Under the pieces are notes generated by a model. It searched no databases. It saw only the letters and a program-made list of their open reading frames with translations, and had not been told where the DNA came from. Positions 1-12,475 of a stretch of DNA of 64,000 nt are shown piece after piece. The translations under genes and the position numbers were made by a program. Each line of letters begins with the position of its first letter. Within the stretch, counting starts at the first letter, position 1. The stretch comes from Fistulifera solaris (Eukaryota): NCBI GenBank assembly GCA_030295235.1, contig AP026135.1, forward strand, positions 1,054,001-1,118,000. Direction: 5' to 3'.

Positions 1-1420
1 AAGGTATGCATCGCCGATTCAATTTTTGCTGGTAGTCGTCTCTTACATTGACGACGTTTCGTTATAACAGGTTTCGTTGTGGCATTCGCAAGGAGAGCTA
101 CGTTTCTTGATGCTAAAGCGAGCCATGGATGTTTTCTATGCTTCGGTTGATACAGCCATGCAAGTGACCAAGGAAACTGCCGAGGCTGACACTGCCAGTT
201 GGCGAATTACCTTGACAACAGCTGCGGTGGCTTCTTTTTATAACCTTATTGGGGCAAGAAGAAGAGCTGAAGAGGCTACGTCTTCGTCGGAAAGAGCCCG
301 ATATTTGATCCAGCATGCTTGGGGAATGGTTTCGTTACCAGCTTTGAAAACTATATCACTTCAAGCATCCAAGTTCTTAAAAGGGGCTTCTGTTGCTGAC
401 CGGATTGAAGTCGCCGGTGTACCTTGTTTTGTGTTGTCTCGGGATCCAGCACCTGAACTGGCGGCTGCCATACGACGCTATCACTGCAAATCCGGCCAGA
501 AAGGCACGATGAACAAACTTTCCACAATTGACGAACAGGAAGAAACAACACCAGCACCCTATACGGCCAACAAGAAACCCTTTGCACGATCAAATACTCG
601 GTATAGACAGCGTGACATTATTATACATTTGACGGGCGGCGGCTTTTTCGCACATATTATAGCGTCCGATCTACCGTTTCTTCTCGATTGGAGTGCTTCT
701 ACTGGAGCGTGTGTTATTTGTCCAGAATACTCCTTATTGCCGGAACACACATTCCCTGACGCGTTGCTCGAAATCGAGGCTGTCTATCAGGCACTCCAGT
801 CCCATGAAGGTGTGCACGCGTTGGGATTTGAACCAAATAAAATCATTTTGACGGGTGAGTCGACAGGAGGTAACTTGGCAGCCGCACTCTGTGTAAAGGT
901 ATGTATGGATGCCACGGGCATTCCAACTTGTCTATCTACTCCCACATCAGGAGCAGGATCCGCGAGTCACGATCTCAATGCCAAGTCCCATCTGCCCTGT
1001 GCCTTAGTGCTGTCTTGTCCAGTGTTAAACTTGACCATGGAAACAAGCTATTCGCGCGTTGTAGGAAGCAACGATCCAGTCCTTCCGCATGGATTGATCT
1101 CCGCCATTTCCAACGCGTACGGCGCGGGTATGAACAAGACGGACCCACTGGTGTCACCCTATTTTGCGGCCGATTCCGTTCTAGAACATTTCCCACCAAC
1201 TTTGTTCTTTGCTAGCTCGAACGATCCTCTATTGGATGATGCCGTGGCTCTGAATCAGCGTCTGCGCAGTTTGGGTGTCGAATCGTATCTCCGCGCCGCC
1301 CAGAATCTCCCGCATGCCTATTTAGGATTGGGTACCGCAGGATTCCCCGAAGCACAAGAAGTACAACGACAATTGATTGATTGGTTGAACTTTCAATTGC
1401 ACCGAGACGATGCGGAGTAA
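1..1420 (+). CDS. Hormone-sensitive-lipase-family alpha/beta hydrolase (3' part; 5' end outside window; intron 4-70)
   Basis: HLTGGGF oxyanion motif, GESTG nucleophile elbow, DPLLDD and LPHAY catalytic Asp/His; GT..AG intron at 4-70 leads in frame into ORF 77..1420. Confidence 0.85.
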
Positions 1421-1495
1421 CAAGTCGCCGGCCGGGTGTGTACTTTCTTTCCTATTTTGTCTGGTGGATATAGAAGTTGCAATTTGCCGTTTGTT

Positions 1496-2056
1496 TCATC
1501 GAGTCCTCGCTTGTACTTGCCGACGAGGCATATATTCCAATTTGGGCTGTAATTGTCGATACAACGGATCCCACGGAGCTGGTTGTTCCCATTTTCCCGT
1601 TTGCGGATTTTTCCACGCTTGAACACGCGTATCGTTCCTCGTCAATGTCTTCGTATTCTGGTTCGTCCCCAGTACATACTGAATCGCTGCTACTGTTCCA
1701 AAGAATGCCAATGGACCCAAAATATAGTTGATCGGACGATGAACGCGATAAAACCAATTTTGCGATGAGGCGGCATAGGATGAATGTTGATGTGCTTTGG
1801 GTCGATGCGGATACGGTCGATGAAATCCTTCGTAAGATTGTTGCAGTTTCGTACTAGTACGATTATCATACTGCTGTCTCGTTTTGGGATTCAACAAAAC
1901 ACTCGCCGCATTCGCAATTTCTTTGAAGCGTGCCCCATTGTCGTTGATCTTGGCGACATCCGGATGACATTCCAGTGAGAGTTTGCGAAAAGCGGCTTTG
2001 ATTTCCTTGACGCTGGCGGTCTTTTCAACGCCAAGTGATTCGTAGTGTGTCTTCAT
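1496..2056 (-). CDS. DnaJ-domain protein with a hydrophobic segment
   Basis: MKTHYESLGV...IKAAFRKLSLECHPD...FKEIANAASVL..R..YD J-domain with HPD; hydrophobic ILGPLAFFGTVAAIQYVLG. Confidence 0.85.
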   Translation of the reverse strand: MKTHYESLGVEKTASVKEIKAAFRKLSLECHPDVAKINDNGARFKEIANAASVLLNPKTRQQYDNRTSTKLQQSYEGFHRPYPHRPKAHQHSSYAASSQNWFYRVHRPINYILGPLAFFGTVAAIQYVLGTNQNTKTLTRNDTRVQAWKNPQTGKWEQPAPWDPLYRQLQPKLEYMPRRQVQARTR

Positions 2057-2449
2057 TCTTCTTGTCTTTTTAAAAAAAGTATTTGTGTAGCAACAAACTA
2101 CAGAGTGTGGAAGGAGTAAGGAATATGCTTTGACTTTTGAAGCAATTGCACAGCAATAAAAATTATAACGAAAGAAGGAAACGAAAAAAATACTCCCGTA
2201 ATAATGACGCAATTCCTGTAAGATCTGTCATCGACCGTTCATTCACGCTATTATTCAATCACGAGACCCCGAGCCTCCATCCAATCCAATCCAATTAAAC
2301 CGCGACACAAGTACATCGCGAGAGCCGAGAGCCAATACGATCCATTCCTTTTTCTCAACATCCTAAAAAAAAACATCGGAACCATATATATATAAAATAG
2401 TTGTAGCGCACCTCGTTCCGTAGAATCATCTTTCGTTATCAAATTATCC

Positions 2450-2563
2450 AAAGAAGAAGGAAGAAAGGAAGGGAGGCAAAGAAGAAAGGAAGGAAGGCAA
2501 AGAAGGAAGGAAGGCAAAGAAGGAAGGAAGGAAGAAAGGAAGGAAGGCAAAGAAGAAAGGAAG
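2450..2563 (+). repeat. Purine-rich (GGAA/GAAG) low-complexity tract immediately 5' of the purL ATG
   Basis: ~114 nt of A/G with only four C (each in GGCAAA) and no T. Confidence 0.95.
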
Positions 2564-2568
2564 CCATC

Positions 2569-5500
2569 ATGGAAACGATTACGCACTACTACCGCAAGAC
2601 GGAAACGTCTCATTCGCTTTTACCCAGTGTCAAAGAAGAACTGAAAGATCTGGGTTTGGAGGAAGATTTGGCCAAGATTATGAACATTGAAACCGAAAGT
2701 TGCTTTAACGTGCAGTCATCGGCGGAACTATCGCCCTTGCAGAAAGAACGTCTCGAATGGCTTCTCGCGGAAACATTCGAAAAGGAATCTCTTCGTCTCG
2801 AAACCAGTTATTTTGATCTCTTTCCCCAACCAGGAGCTTACGTAGTGGAATTTGGTCCACGTATGACCTTCACTTCCGCATTTTCGTCCAACGCCACCAG
2901 TATCTGTAACAAGTGCGATCTCCCCATTGATCGTCTCGAACTGTCGCGTCGTTATCGCTTTGTGTTGACGCAACCGTTGACTGTCCAGACTATTGCCGTC
3001 ATCAAATCGCTCCTCCACGACCGCATGACGGAACAAGAATACCCCGAGCCCTTACAAACCTTCGATAGTGGCGCCACGGCGGCTCCGGTAAGGACAATCC
3101 CCATTATGAAAGAAGGAAGAGCGGCTTTGGAACGCATCAATCAAGAAATGGGTCTCGGCTTTGATGATTTTGATTTGGACTATTACACGAATCTCTTCAA
3201 GGTAAGCTGTCCAGAATTGTCTTTGTGAGTAGGTAATAAAATGTGTGACACAAGCGTCTGACCGCTTTGATCCGATTATCATTTCGTAGGAGAAACTGGG
3301 TAGAGATCCCACCGATGTGGAATGTTTTGACATGGGACAGTCCAATTCGGAACATTCTCGTCACTGGTTCTTTGGCGGCAAGATGATCATTGATGGAGAA
3401 GAGAAAACTGAGACGTTGTTTGAAATGGTCAAGGCCACTTTGCCCAAAGGTGTTCCCAACAATTCGATCATTGCCTTTCATGATAATTCGTCGGCCATTC
3501 GAGGCTATATGTGCGACTCACTCCGTCCTTCGTCGGTAGAAAAGGCCGGACCCGTTCACGTTGGAAAGCAACTCTTACACCCGATTCTGACCGCCGAAAC
3601 CCACAACTTTCCTTCCAGGGGTGGCCCCGTTCCCAGGAGCTGAAACGGGAACGGGTGGTCGATTGCGAGATGTTATGGCCACGGGACGCGGGGCATACAC
3701 GGTGGCCGGAATCTCTTCCTATTGCGTTGGAAATCTTAACATTCCTGGCTACGAACTACCTTGGGAAGACAAGAGTTTCGTCTACCCGAACAACTTGGCT
3801 TCTCCCCTGAATATCATGATACACGCGAGTAATGGTGCCTCCGATTATGGAAACAAATATGGGGAGCCGGTAATTCACGGGTTCGCTCGTTCGTTCGGCC
3901 AGCGCTTGCCGAATGGGGAAAGATTTGAGTGGGTGAAACCAATCATGTTTTCGGCCGGTGCGGGTCAGATGGATGGTGGCCATGCTGTCAAAGGCGAACC
4001 CGAACCTGGAATGCTTGTCGTTAAAGTTGGTGGACCTGCGTATCGAATTGGTATTGGTGGCGGTGCTGCATCGTCTCGCGTGCAAAGTAGCGAAAATGCG
4101 GAACTTGATTTTGACGCCGTTCAACGTGGCGATGCTGAAATGGCAAACCGTCTCAATCGTTTGATGCGTGCTTGCTGTGATCTTGGAGATCGAAACCCAA
4201 TCGTCTCAGTACACGATCAGGGTGCAGGGGGTAACGGCAACGTGTTGAAGGAAATCGTCGAGCCGGCAGGAGCCAAGTACGATATTCGTAAGGTAAGCTT
4301 GCCTTCGGTTTGTTTCAGATGCAAGAAGTATCGACGTAATTCTAATAAATTAACAGGTATACCTCGGAGACAATACCTTGTCTGTTTTGGAAATCTGGGG
4401 CGCTGAGTACCAGGAAAACAACGCTCTGCTCATTCGGCCAGCTGACAGGGAGTTGTTCGAAAGGATTGCGGAGCGCGAAAATTGTCCCATTCGAATTTTG
4501 GGAATGGTTACAGGTGACGGAAAGGTCGTTGTAGAGGATTCCAAAGATGGATCGCTTGCCGTTGACTTGCCTCTGGAACTTGTTCTTGGCAAGATGCCTC
4601 AGAAAACTTTCGTTGATGACCATATAGATACGACGCTTCAGCCATTGGTTCTTCCTGAAGATTTGACAGTCGCTAATGCTTTGGATCGCGTGTTGCGCCT
4701 CCTTTCTGTTGGCTCAAAGCGCTTTCTTGTTCATAAAGTTGATCGATCCGTAACAGGTCTATGTGCCCAGCAGCAATGCGTCGGGCCACTCCAACTTCCT
4801 CTTTCGAACGTGGGTATAACGGCACATTCTCATTTCGGTATCACAGGTACTGCAGTTGCATGTGGCGAGCAGCCGATCAAGGGCCTAGTCGATTCGAAGG
4901 CGATGGCAAGAATGGTTGTAGCCGAGGCAATGACGAACATTATGTGGGCCAAAATGTCAAGCATCGAAGACATCAAAGCAAGTGGCAACTGGATGTATGC
5001 AGCCAAGCTCCCCGGTGAAGGGGCGAAAATGTACGATGCTTGCGGAGCCCTCAAGGAGTCGTTATTAGCTCTTGGAGTAGGCATTGATGGCGGCAAAGAC
5101 TCGCTCTCGATGGCGGCTAAATGTGGGGAGGAGGTCGTCAAAGCACCTGGTGAACTCACACTCACTTGCTATGTCACTTGCCCGGATATTACCAAGACCA
5201 TCACACCTGACTTAAAGTGCCCCGCCGAAGGGTCTCGTCTGTTGTTCGTTGACCTAGGGAAGGGAAAGGCAAGGTTGGGGGGCTCATCGCTGGCCCACGT
5301 TTACGGTCAGATCGGCAATGAGTCACCCGACGTTGAGGATTTCGCCTTGTTGAAGAGGGCAATTATCGTGTCACAAGACTTTATTGATAAGCGCACAATA
5401 CTTGCTGGCCATGACCGTTCTGACGGAGGTATCATCGTGACTCTGGTCGAAATGGCGTTTGCTGGAAATTGCGCCATTGATGTGAACCTACCTAAATGCG

Positions 5501-6678
5501 GTAAAAATGACTTCGAAACTTTATTCAACGAAGAGGCAGGAATTGTCATTGAAGTGGCAGAAAAGAATGTGAAGTCTGTCATAGATGCATACACGTCAGC
5601 TAACGTTCCTATCGCTGATGTTGGAGCGGTCGCACCTGGAGATTCCATCAGAATAGCGGTGGACTCAACAACAGTTATTGACGATAAGATGACGTCGCTG
5701 CGCGATGTTTGGGAAGCCACTAGCTTTCATCTGGAGAAGCGACAGAGAAATCCTGCGTGCGTTTTACAAGAAGAAGAAGGACTGAAATTGAGACATGCGC
5801 CTCAGTGGAAGCTCACCTACCAGCCCGCAAAAACCGATGATGCAACCATGAAAAGTGCGGCCAAGCACAAAGTAGCAATCATTCGTCAAGAAGGAAGTAA
5901 TGGTGACAGAGAAATGCTGTCTGCGTTCTTGGCTGCAGGTTTCGAAGCGTGGGATGTGACTGTGAGTGACCTCATTGCTGGCAACATCACGCTTGATATC
6001 TTCCGTGGAATCGTGTTTGTGGGAGGATTTTCGTTCGCCGATGTTCTCGACAGTGGCAAGGGATGGGCTGGAGTTATCAAGTTCAACGACAATGTTCTCA
6101 GGCAGTTTGAGGAGTTCCGAAATCGTAAGGGGACGTTTAGTCTCGGAGTTTGCAATGGATGTCAGCTTATGGCTGTGCTCGGTTGGATCCCTTCGACTGC
6201 TGGATTGCCACAAGAAAAGCAACCCCGTCTCCTTCACAATGATAGCGGAAAGTTCGAGAGTCGATTCAGCTCTGTGCAAATTCAAGAGAGTCCTGCCATC
6301 ATGTTTAAAGGCATGGAAGGTTCTTCTTTGGGAATATGGGTTGCTCATGGAGAAGGACGATTTCACTTTCCTGACCCATCGGTGAAGGACATGGTAACAG
6401 AGAACAAGCTCATTCCTTTGCGTTATGTGAACGATACGAACGAAGTAACTGAGGTCTATCCTTTTAACCCAAATGGCAGCCCGGACGGAATCGCTGCGCT
6501 GTGTTCTGAGGACGGCCGTCACCTAGCCTTGATGCCTCATCCAGAGAGAGTATTCACGCCGTGGCAGTGGCCATGGATGCCATCCGAGTGGAAGGATTAT
6601 AAAGCTGGTCCCTGGCTGCAGATGTTCCAGAACGCCCGCATCTTTTGCGACGAAACCAAAAGAAAACTGGAGGAGTAG
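2569..6678 (+). CDS. PFAS: Phosphoribosylformylglycinamidine (FGAM) synthase, large single-chain type; introns 3202-3289 and 4293-4356; apparent 1-nt frameshift near 3620
   Basis: QSNSEHSRHWFF, ETHNFP, GAETGTGG, HDQGAGG, GGKDSLSM, GGFSFAD, glutaminase GVCNGCQ and MPHPER motifs. Confidence 0.97.
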
Positions 6679-7638
6679 CTGGAGTCTTGCATTGATTATG
6701 ATTGAAAATGGAACAAAGGTACACGCTAAAATAACTATCAAGCTTGTTAGTTCTTTTACTAAACTGTAGGATTTACATAGTTTGTAAGCATCATGCCTGC
6801 TAAGTTGCCGAAAATACTAAACGGATCACTAGAGGAATCCATTGACAGCAACCGCCGATGCCGATAATTCCTACAACAGATGAAATAAGCTTCTCCGATT
6901 GTTTATCTGCATAAGAGGAAGACTTTAATACAGAGATAAACCATCAAAGACTTGGCCCTAAAGACAAGACATCTTATTTGAGGCTTTTTCCTTTTTGTTT
7001 CCCAGCAAATTATTTTGGGGGACTTCAATTGCGATACGGGACATACCATTGTCGTTCAAGTTTGGTCTTGCGTGACTTCGTTACTCCATCGTCCAGGTCA
7101 GACTGATTCGGCGCGCAAAGACAAAGGGGAGACACTTTTAGGCGGATAGCAAGAACTTTCCGGCTCTCGGAAAGTAAATTCAGTGCCGAACGTGGCGAGT
7201 CTTGTTAAATGATTTTCGAGTCTTTTTCGATTTAGTGCCAAGCTTTAGACATTACATGAGAGCTGGCTAAATGACCCAAATTTTTGTCTCGGTAAAGTCA
7301 CAACTGAAAGTCTACTTAGGGCCGAGTATCTGTCGACAGCTCCCAGTATTTGAATACATAGGAAGCCCTTTTAATTGTAAGTTGTACACAAACGCAAGCT
7401 GCAACTATTTACTACTCCGTATTAAAATTGAGTTCCTCCTTTTGAACTTTGCCTTCGGCAGGTCGGCAGGCCTTCGAAACAGGTGAGGAAAATTTTTGGG
7501 GACCCTCGCTCCAACCAAGAACACAAGATAATTGGTTCACAACTTGGGCCTGCGGTGCATGTTGTCACGTTACCCAAGAGCTTCAGACTACCTTGTCACT
7601 TTAAAGGCGGAGCTTTCGCAAGATTTTTACAGTGAAAA

Positions 7639-8743
7639 ATGCTGAAGATCACAATGAACCCCAGAAAAAAGTCAAAGCGACATCGAATTATTCCTCAGGG
7701 GCTTCGCCTTCCAACCTCCAATGAGATGGACATCGATGAAGCAGATGCCAGAAGAACCCACGCTGAAACTTTCGAAGACAATTTGCGCGTAATGATACGG
7801 CAAGAAATGTCAGGGAAATACAGTTGCATTGACTACCTCAAGGTGAACTCTTGGGATAAGTGCATCTACCCAAAAAGTCTTTCTCGAAGTGCGCATAATC
7901 GCAATACGCGGATCGACGAATATTGCCGAGAACAAATTGTTGAATGGTCTTTTCGTGTCGTCGATTACTTTCGAATCGATCGAGAAGTTGTCGCGCTTTC
8001 ACTATCCTATTTGGATCGGTTTCTCGCTATTTGTCTATGCGATCGAACGACTTTCAAGTTGGCAGCCACGACTACTCTGCACCTGGCGGTAAAGCTTCTG
8101 TATCCATGCAAACTCGCAGAGCTTGGGATTCTCAGCGATTTGAGCCGAGGGGGAGTTCGATATGCACGACGTTTCCCGGATGGAAGCGCACATACTTCAT
8201 ACTTTAAAGTGGAACCTTCACCCACCGACATCGATTGCCTTCGCAACTATCTTCCTCGAATACTTCTTTTCGACTTTTCCGGTGGCTCTTACCAGCGCCG
8301 ATATGGATGACATGTATGATGTGTCCTCTTTCTTTTGTGAACTCGCTGTTTGTGACTACTTTTTTGTGACAGTCCCTGCCAGTTCTATTGCCTTGGCGGC
8401 AGTATTGAATTCTCTCGAGGGCATGTTTGGACCAGACAACAAAACTGCATCTGACATCCTTCAGGCCGCAATGAAAGTCCACTTTGGGTTTCAGCACGAT
8501 CTAGCCCAAGTTCGCAACCGTCTGTGGACACTTTACGAACGCAGTGAAGAATGCGCGTTGTCCAATGATACTGTCTATGAAGACGAGAATCACAACCATC
8601 ATTTGTTCGGCCTATGGCACGGAGGTGTTTACATCAAGAAGACATCCTCGGCATCGTCACCGGTGTCAGTTTCAAAGCACGCTACAACCGATTACCCCTA
8701 CCGCCACTCGTCGAGTTCTCTTCGAAGCGACGCCAGCTGGTAA
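7639..8743 (+). CDS. Cyclin (diatom-specific cyclin type); apparent frameshift at the G-run near 8150
   Basis: Cyclin box REQIVEWSFRVVDYFRIDREVVALSLSYLDRFL, continuing in the second frame as MEAHILHTLKWNLHPPT, plus C-terminal cyclin fold. Confidence 0.9.
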
Positions 8744-9362
8744 TGATCGAGCTTTGTCAAGTTACGCTCTATCCACTCGTGATCTATTCTTTGGCGCTAC
8801 ATGGATCAACCTCCAGGAAATACTACGAAAACTTTTTCTATCATTCCAGAAGACGATCCTAAGATTAGTTACTCCGCTATTATATTATTTTCTTCTCTGA
8901 TTAGTTGGCCCACCCTCTTTGTTCGGCTAGTGGATGGAATCGGTGTGCGCGTTTTGAACCGCCCAATGTATAAGACTTAGAATTTCTTTTCGTGAACAGT
9001 ACCCTCCAAGGTTCGAACATGATGTCTAAAAGGTGAAGTCGCAATAGATAATACGGTCGACGTTTCCGGGACTAATGAATTGTTGAGTCGTCGGAATAAT
9101 CGGGATCGTGCTTTTGCGAGATACTGGTGGTGGATGCCAAGTACACGTGGAACCATTCAACGGATCGACGCGGCTCACATCGGTGGCGCATCGCGGCCGG
9201 GTCACGCCAGACATTATACACTTTCAGCGAAAAAAGGAGAGGTTGTTGAATTGTTGATGCATTGTGGACGCAATGAAATGTTGCATTCCGTAATCAATAA
9301 TACCATTCTCCTTTTCACAGACCTATCGCTTTCTTTCCTTCACTTTGAGCATAAATAACAAA

Positions 9363-9776
9363 ATGGTGAGTCATTGCAGTCCTTCCACTTGAGCAATGCC
9401 GATTATTCGGCAGTCGAAAGGACCTTCTTCGTCGTCGACGTTGGCTTGCTTGCTTGCTTGTCATTCTTTGAATCGTCGACTCCACTCTGGATACGCAAGG
9501 TTCTTTCTCTCTCTCTCTCTCTCTTCTTACAATGCAATGTTTAATGACTCCCTTTCTTTCACAATGACGCAGCCACTTCCCCGAAAAATCGTCAACAAGA
9601 ACAGCAAGTTCGACAAGAACATCAACAAACGAGGAAATGTTCCCATCGGAAAGGCAGCGGAACGAACGGAGGAATATCCCGTCAGCAAAGGATTGATTGC
9701 GTTTGTTTTGATATTGGTAGTAGGATCAAGTCTTGTGCAAGTCTTTAATTTATTTGGGACGGCATCGGGACCTTAA
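9363..9776 (+). CDS. SERP1: SERP1/RAMP4 stress-associated ER protein; exon 1 = ATG only (9363-9365), intron 9366-9572
   Basis: Spliced product MPLPRKIVNKNSKFDKNINKRGNVP...YPVSKGLIAFVLILVVGSSLVQV matches the RAMP4 pattern (F.KNI.KRGNV...PV...L.....VV.GS); ATG|GTGAG donor and GCAG acceptor. Confidence 0.85.
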
Positions 9777-9993
9777 GAATGGATTTCAAGGGAGTTAGTT
9801 CTATCGTTAGATGATGAATGATGACCCATCTTTGGATCGGAGCCGCTCCATCAAACTCTAAAAATTATTACACGACCATGTCCTGAGCTATGTATCTGAA
9901 ACGGAGATATCTCCTTTTCTTCTTGCACGAATCGTATTTTGCTCTAAATGTTTTCAAGTCAATAAGGGAGATGACTGTGAGCTGCTATAGAGC

Positions 9994-11850
9994 TTACTCC
10001 CCTTTCGTATCGTTCTTCCCTTGCTTCCAAAGTCCAGCGGTAGTCGAGTTGACAAATTCGGTCAGTCGGAACATAGAACTTTCTTCATCCACCGACTCCT
10101 TATCGAGTAAGTGCGTTCGCCAAGCTTCGTCGGGTAAATTTGCAATGCGTCGTACTTGGCCTCCCATGACAAAGATCCAGAGACAGCCCAAGGCACTGAA
10201 TAGCAGTTGCAAAGTGAAATAAGGATCGCGACCTGCGGTACATACCGGAGGACCTTCCGACTCGGGTGAGCAAACAGGAGCCTTGGTGAGATGTCCCACC
10301 AACCACATGACCAAGGAAGCCGGCCAAGTACCCCCTAAATTCGCGGCCGTATTCAGTAACGTCATGTAAGATCCGCCAATGGCTGGATCCACACGATGCG
10401 CAAAGAAGGTCATTTGCGCGTTAAACTGGAGACTACTGACAATAGCTTGAACTGCGGTTGAGAGTACCAGAATCGACCAAAAGATGATACTTTCGTTCCG
10501 GGTCGTTGGTTTTCCTTTCTGCAGTGTCGTCAACAATAAGACATCCAACAAGGGCGCCAGTGTCACTCTAAGCTTGTAGCCTGTCATGAATTGACCGCAC
10601 AATGGTTGCCCGTGCCATATCTTTGAGGCGACGATCGGGACGAGTATTCCAAGTGGTAAAATCACCGTAGGCGACAGCAATGCCGTTGTAGATCGCGAAA
10701 GACCGTATTCGACTGCTTTGAGGAATTTAACATTATCCCCTAGTGCCGTGGGAAGACGGTAGGTGAGTAAAATAAGAAACAACCATCGGACTGCTGGTAA
10801 CTGACAAACGGCCCATAATCGATGATAGGTTTCCCTCAAACCAATTTCGGATGCATCTAATTCCTTGTCGTCAATATCGTCATCATTTTGTTTCGGGAGC
10901 AAAGACCACATTGTGTTCGATTCTTGTCGTTCCAACTTGAGCGGCACGGTCGGAGCTTCTTGTTTGAACAGGGCTACAGCGGTTGTCGTTACAATCATTA
11001 GATACCCCATGATACGAAGGAAGCCCCTAAAGACACCAATCCGACGGAAGGATTACTGGGCAATCCCAACAAAGGCCGCCACACTCGCTCACTACTTTCC
11101 GGATCATTCAAAGCCAAGAACCCCACAAAACTCAAAAAATAACCCAAATTTTGTCCAATGGAATTACAGACGGGTCCACGTCCTCGGTTTTTCTTGGCGA
11201 GCATCGTCAAGGCCCACCCATCGACGGCAATGTCTTGTGTGGCCATGAGAAAATATAGGGCGAAGAAGAAGGCTGTCACCCCCTTGACATTAATGGCGGA
11301 TTCGAGTGACACATTGGGACCCAATCCGAGTTGATGTTCCACAAAGGAAGATCCCATGACCATGAGAATGCCGGCAAAACTTTGGACCGGAACGAGCCAA
11401 CTTTTCCGACGACCGAACCTTCGAATGAAAACAGCATCCACAATGGGGGCCCAGAGAAGTTTGAGTGAGAACGGCCAGGAACAGAGAGCAAAGATAGCAT
11501 TCGCATTGTACGATGCGGCCGCCGAATCAGTGATGGCCAAAGTCGATGTCGAAACGCCGGTCGTCGCGGCGGCGGCGGAAGCTGCAAGTGTTTTGATTTT
11601 TGTTGAATCAAAAAGGTATTGATGCAGAAAGACCCATAGGAATTCCTTGTAATGTATACAGCGCAATCAGCAGAGCATAATTGAAAAAGTCGTTATGATG
11701 TTCGTTTGGGTCGGTGCTATCAAAGGATGTGAAGGATGAAGCACCGCTGTCATTCTTTCTTGGAAAGAAACGTTGCAAAGGAGAACGAGGAACGGGTGGC
11801 AAGTTGTCGCGTACTTCTAATGTCATTTTTGAATTCATTCTTCTCTTCAT
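9994..11850 (-). CDS. SLC33A1: Acetyl-CoA transporter (AT-1/SLC33A1, MFS); apparent frameshifts near 11610 and 11025
   Basis: LYTLQGIPMGL, WPFSLKLLWAPIVD, GRRKSWLVPVQ, ATQDIAVDGWALTML, DPAIGGSYMTLLNT motifs. Confidence 0.93.
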
Positions 11851-11950
11851 GGTTAGTAAGGACGCGAATGTCGAATAGAAATAGACTAAAAGTGATCTTG
11901 TATTCATTTCTGCTCCGCAAGTGATGAAGCTCTATTGAGAATGCCGTGAA

Positions 11951-12401
11951 TCTCACGTATCGACGGACAGAAACAGAAATTCTGTCAACCAAGTCGCTAC
12001 GTTTCGCAACAACAGAAGAGGAAGTATCTGGTAGAGCTAAGACGATAAACAGTCAAAGTTTTCCAAACAACAATATTATGAAGCCTTTACAAATCCGACA
12101 AATGAACAAGGTGGAATCTCACTGGGTGATGGTTCCGCCGAGAATGTCACTGCCATCGGACTAGGTCTTGTTTTATCTTGAAATTCTGAGCTCACGATGT
12201 GGCTCTAACATTCTTGTATCGCGTTGCTTGCAAACCTTTCACGCCTTCACGATCAACCCAAATCGTGCAAAGACCCTTGGGCCTCGCCCAAGAGGTTACA
12301 TTCCGGATGCTTCCGATTTGGGGATCGGAATTCGCATTAGGTCGTGCGGCCATATTGGCTGAGTCCCTAGTAGTCTGCCCGCTATCCGCATTTCCGTGAC
12401 A
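11951..12401 (-). repeat. Copia 3' LTR (451 bp), preceded by polypurine tract GAGAGGGAG (12402-12410, minus strand)
   Basis: Near-identical to 18600-19051 (I saw one substitution and one 1-nt indel); minus-strand ends TGTCACG...CGTGAGA. Confidence 0.95.
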
Positions 12402-12475
12402 CTCCCTCTCAGACGAAGAGGGATCACTTTCAACCCAACCCATTAACTTGTCTCCGAAGATAGGTAAACGTTTCC

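Noticed and set aside
2251..2613. ORF with LPSF repeats
   Set aside because: It is only the translation of the purine tract's complementary strand
5764..6522. Long antisense ORFs (e.g. 252 aa opposite PFAS, 201 aa opposite Copia gag)
   Set aside because: Shadow frames of real coding sequence with no independent motifs
12168..12443. Small ORFs in the Copia LTRs (repeated at 18725-19049)
   Set aside because: They recur only because the LTR is duplicated
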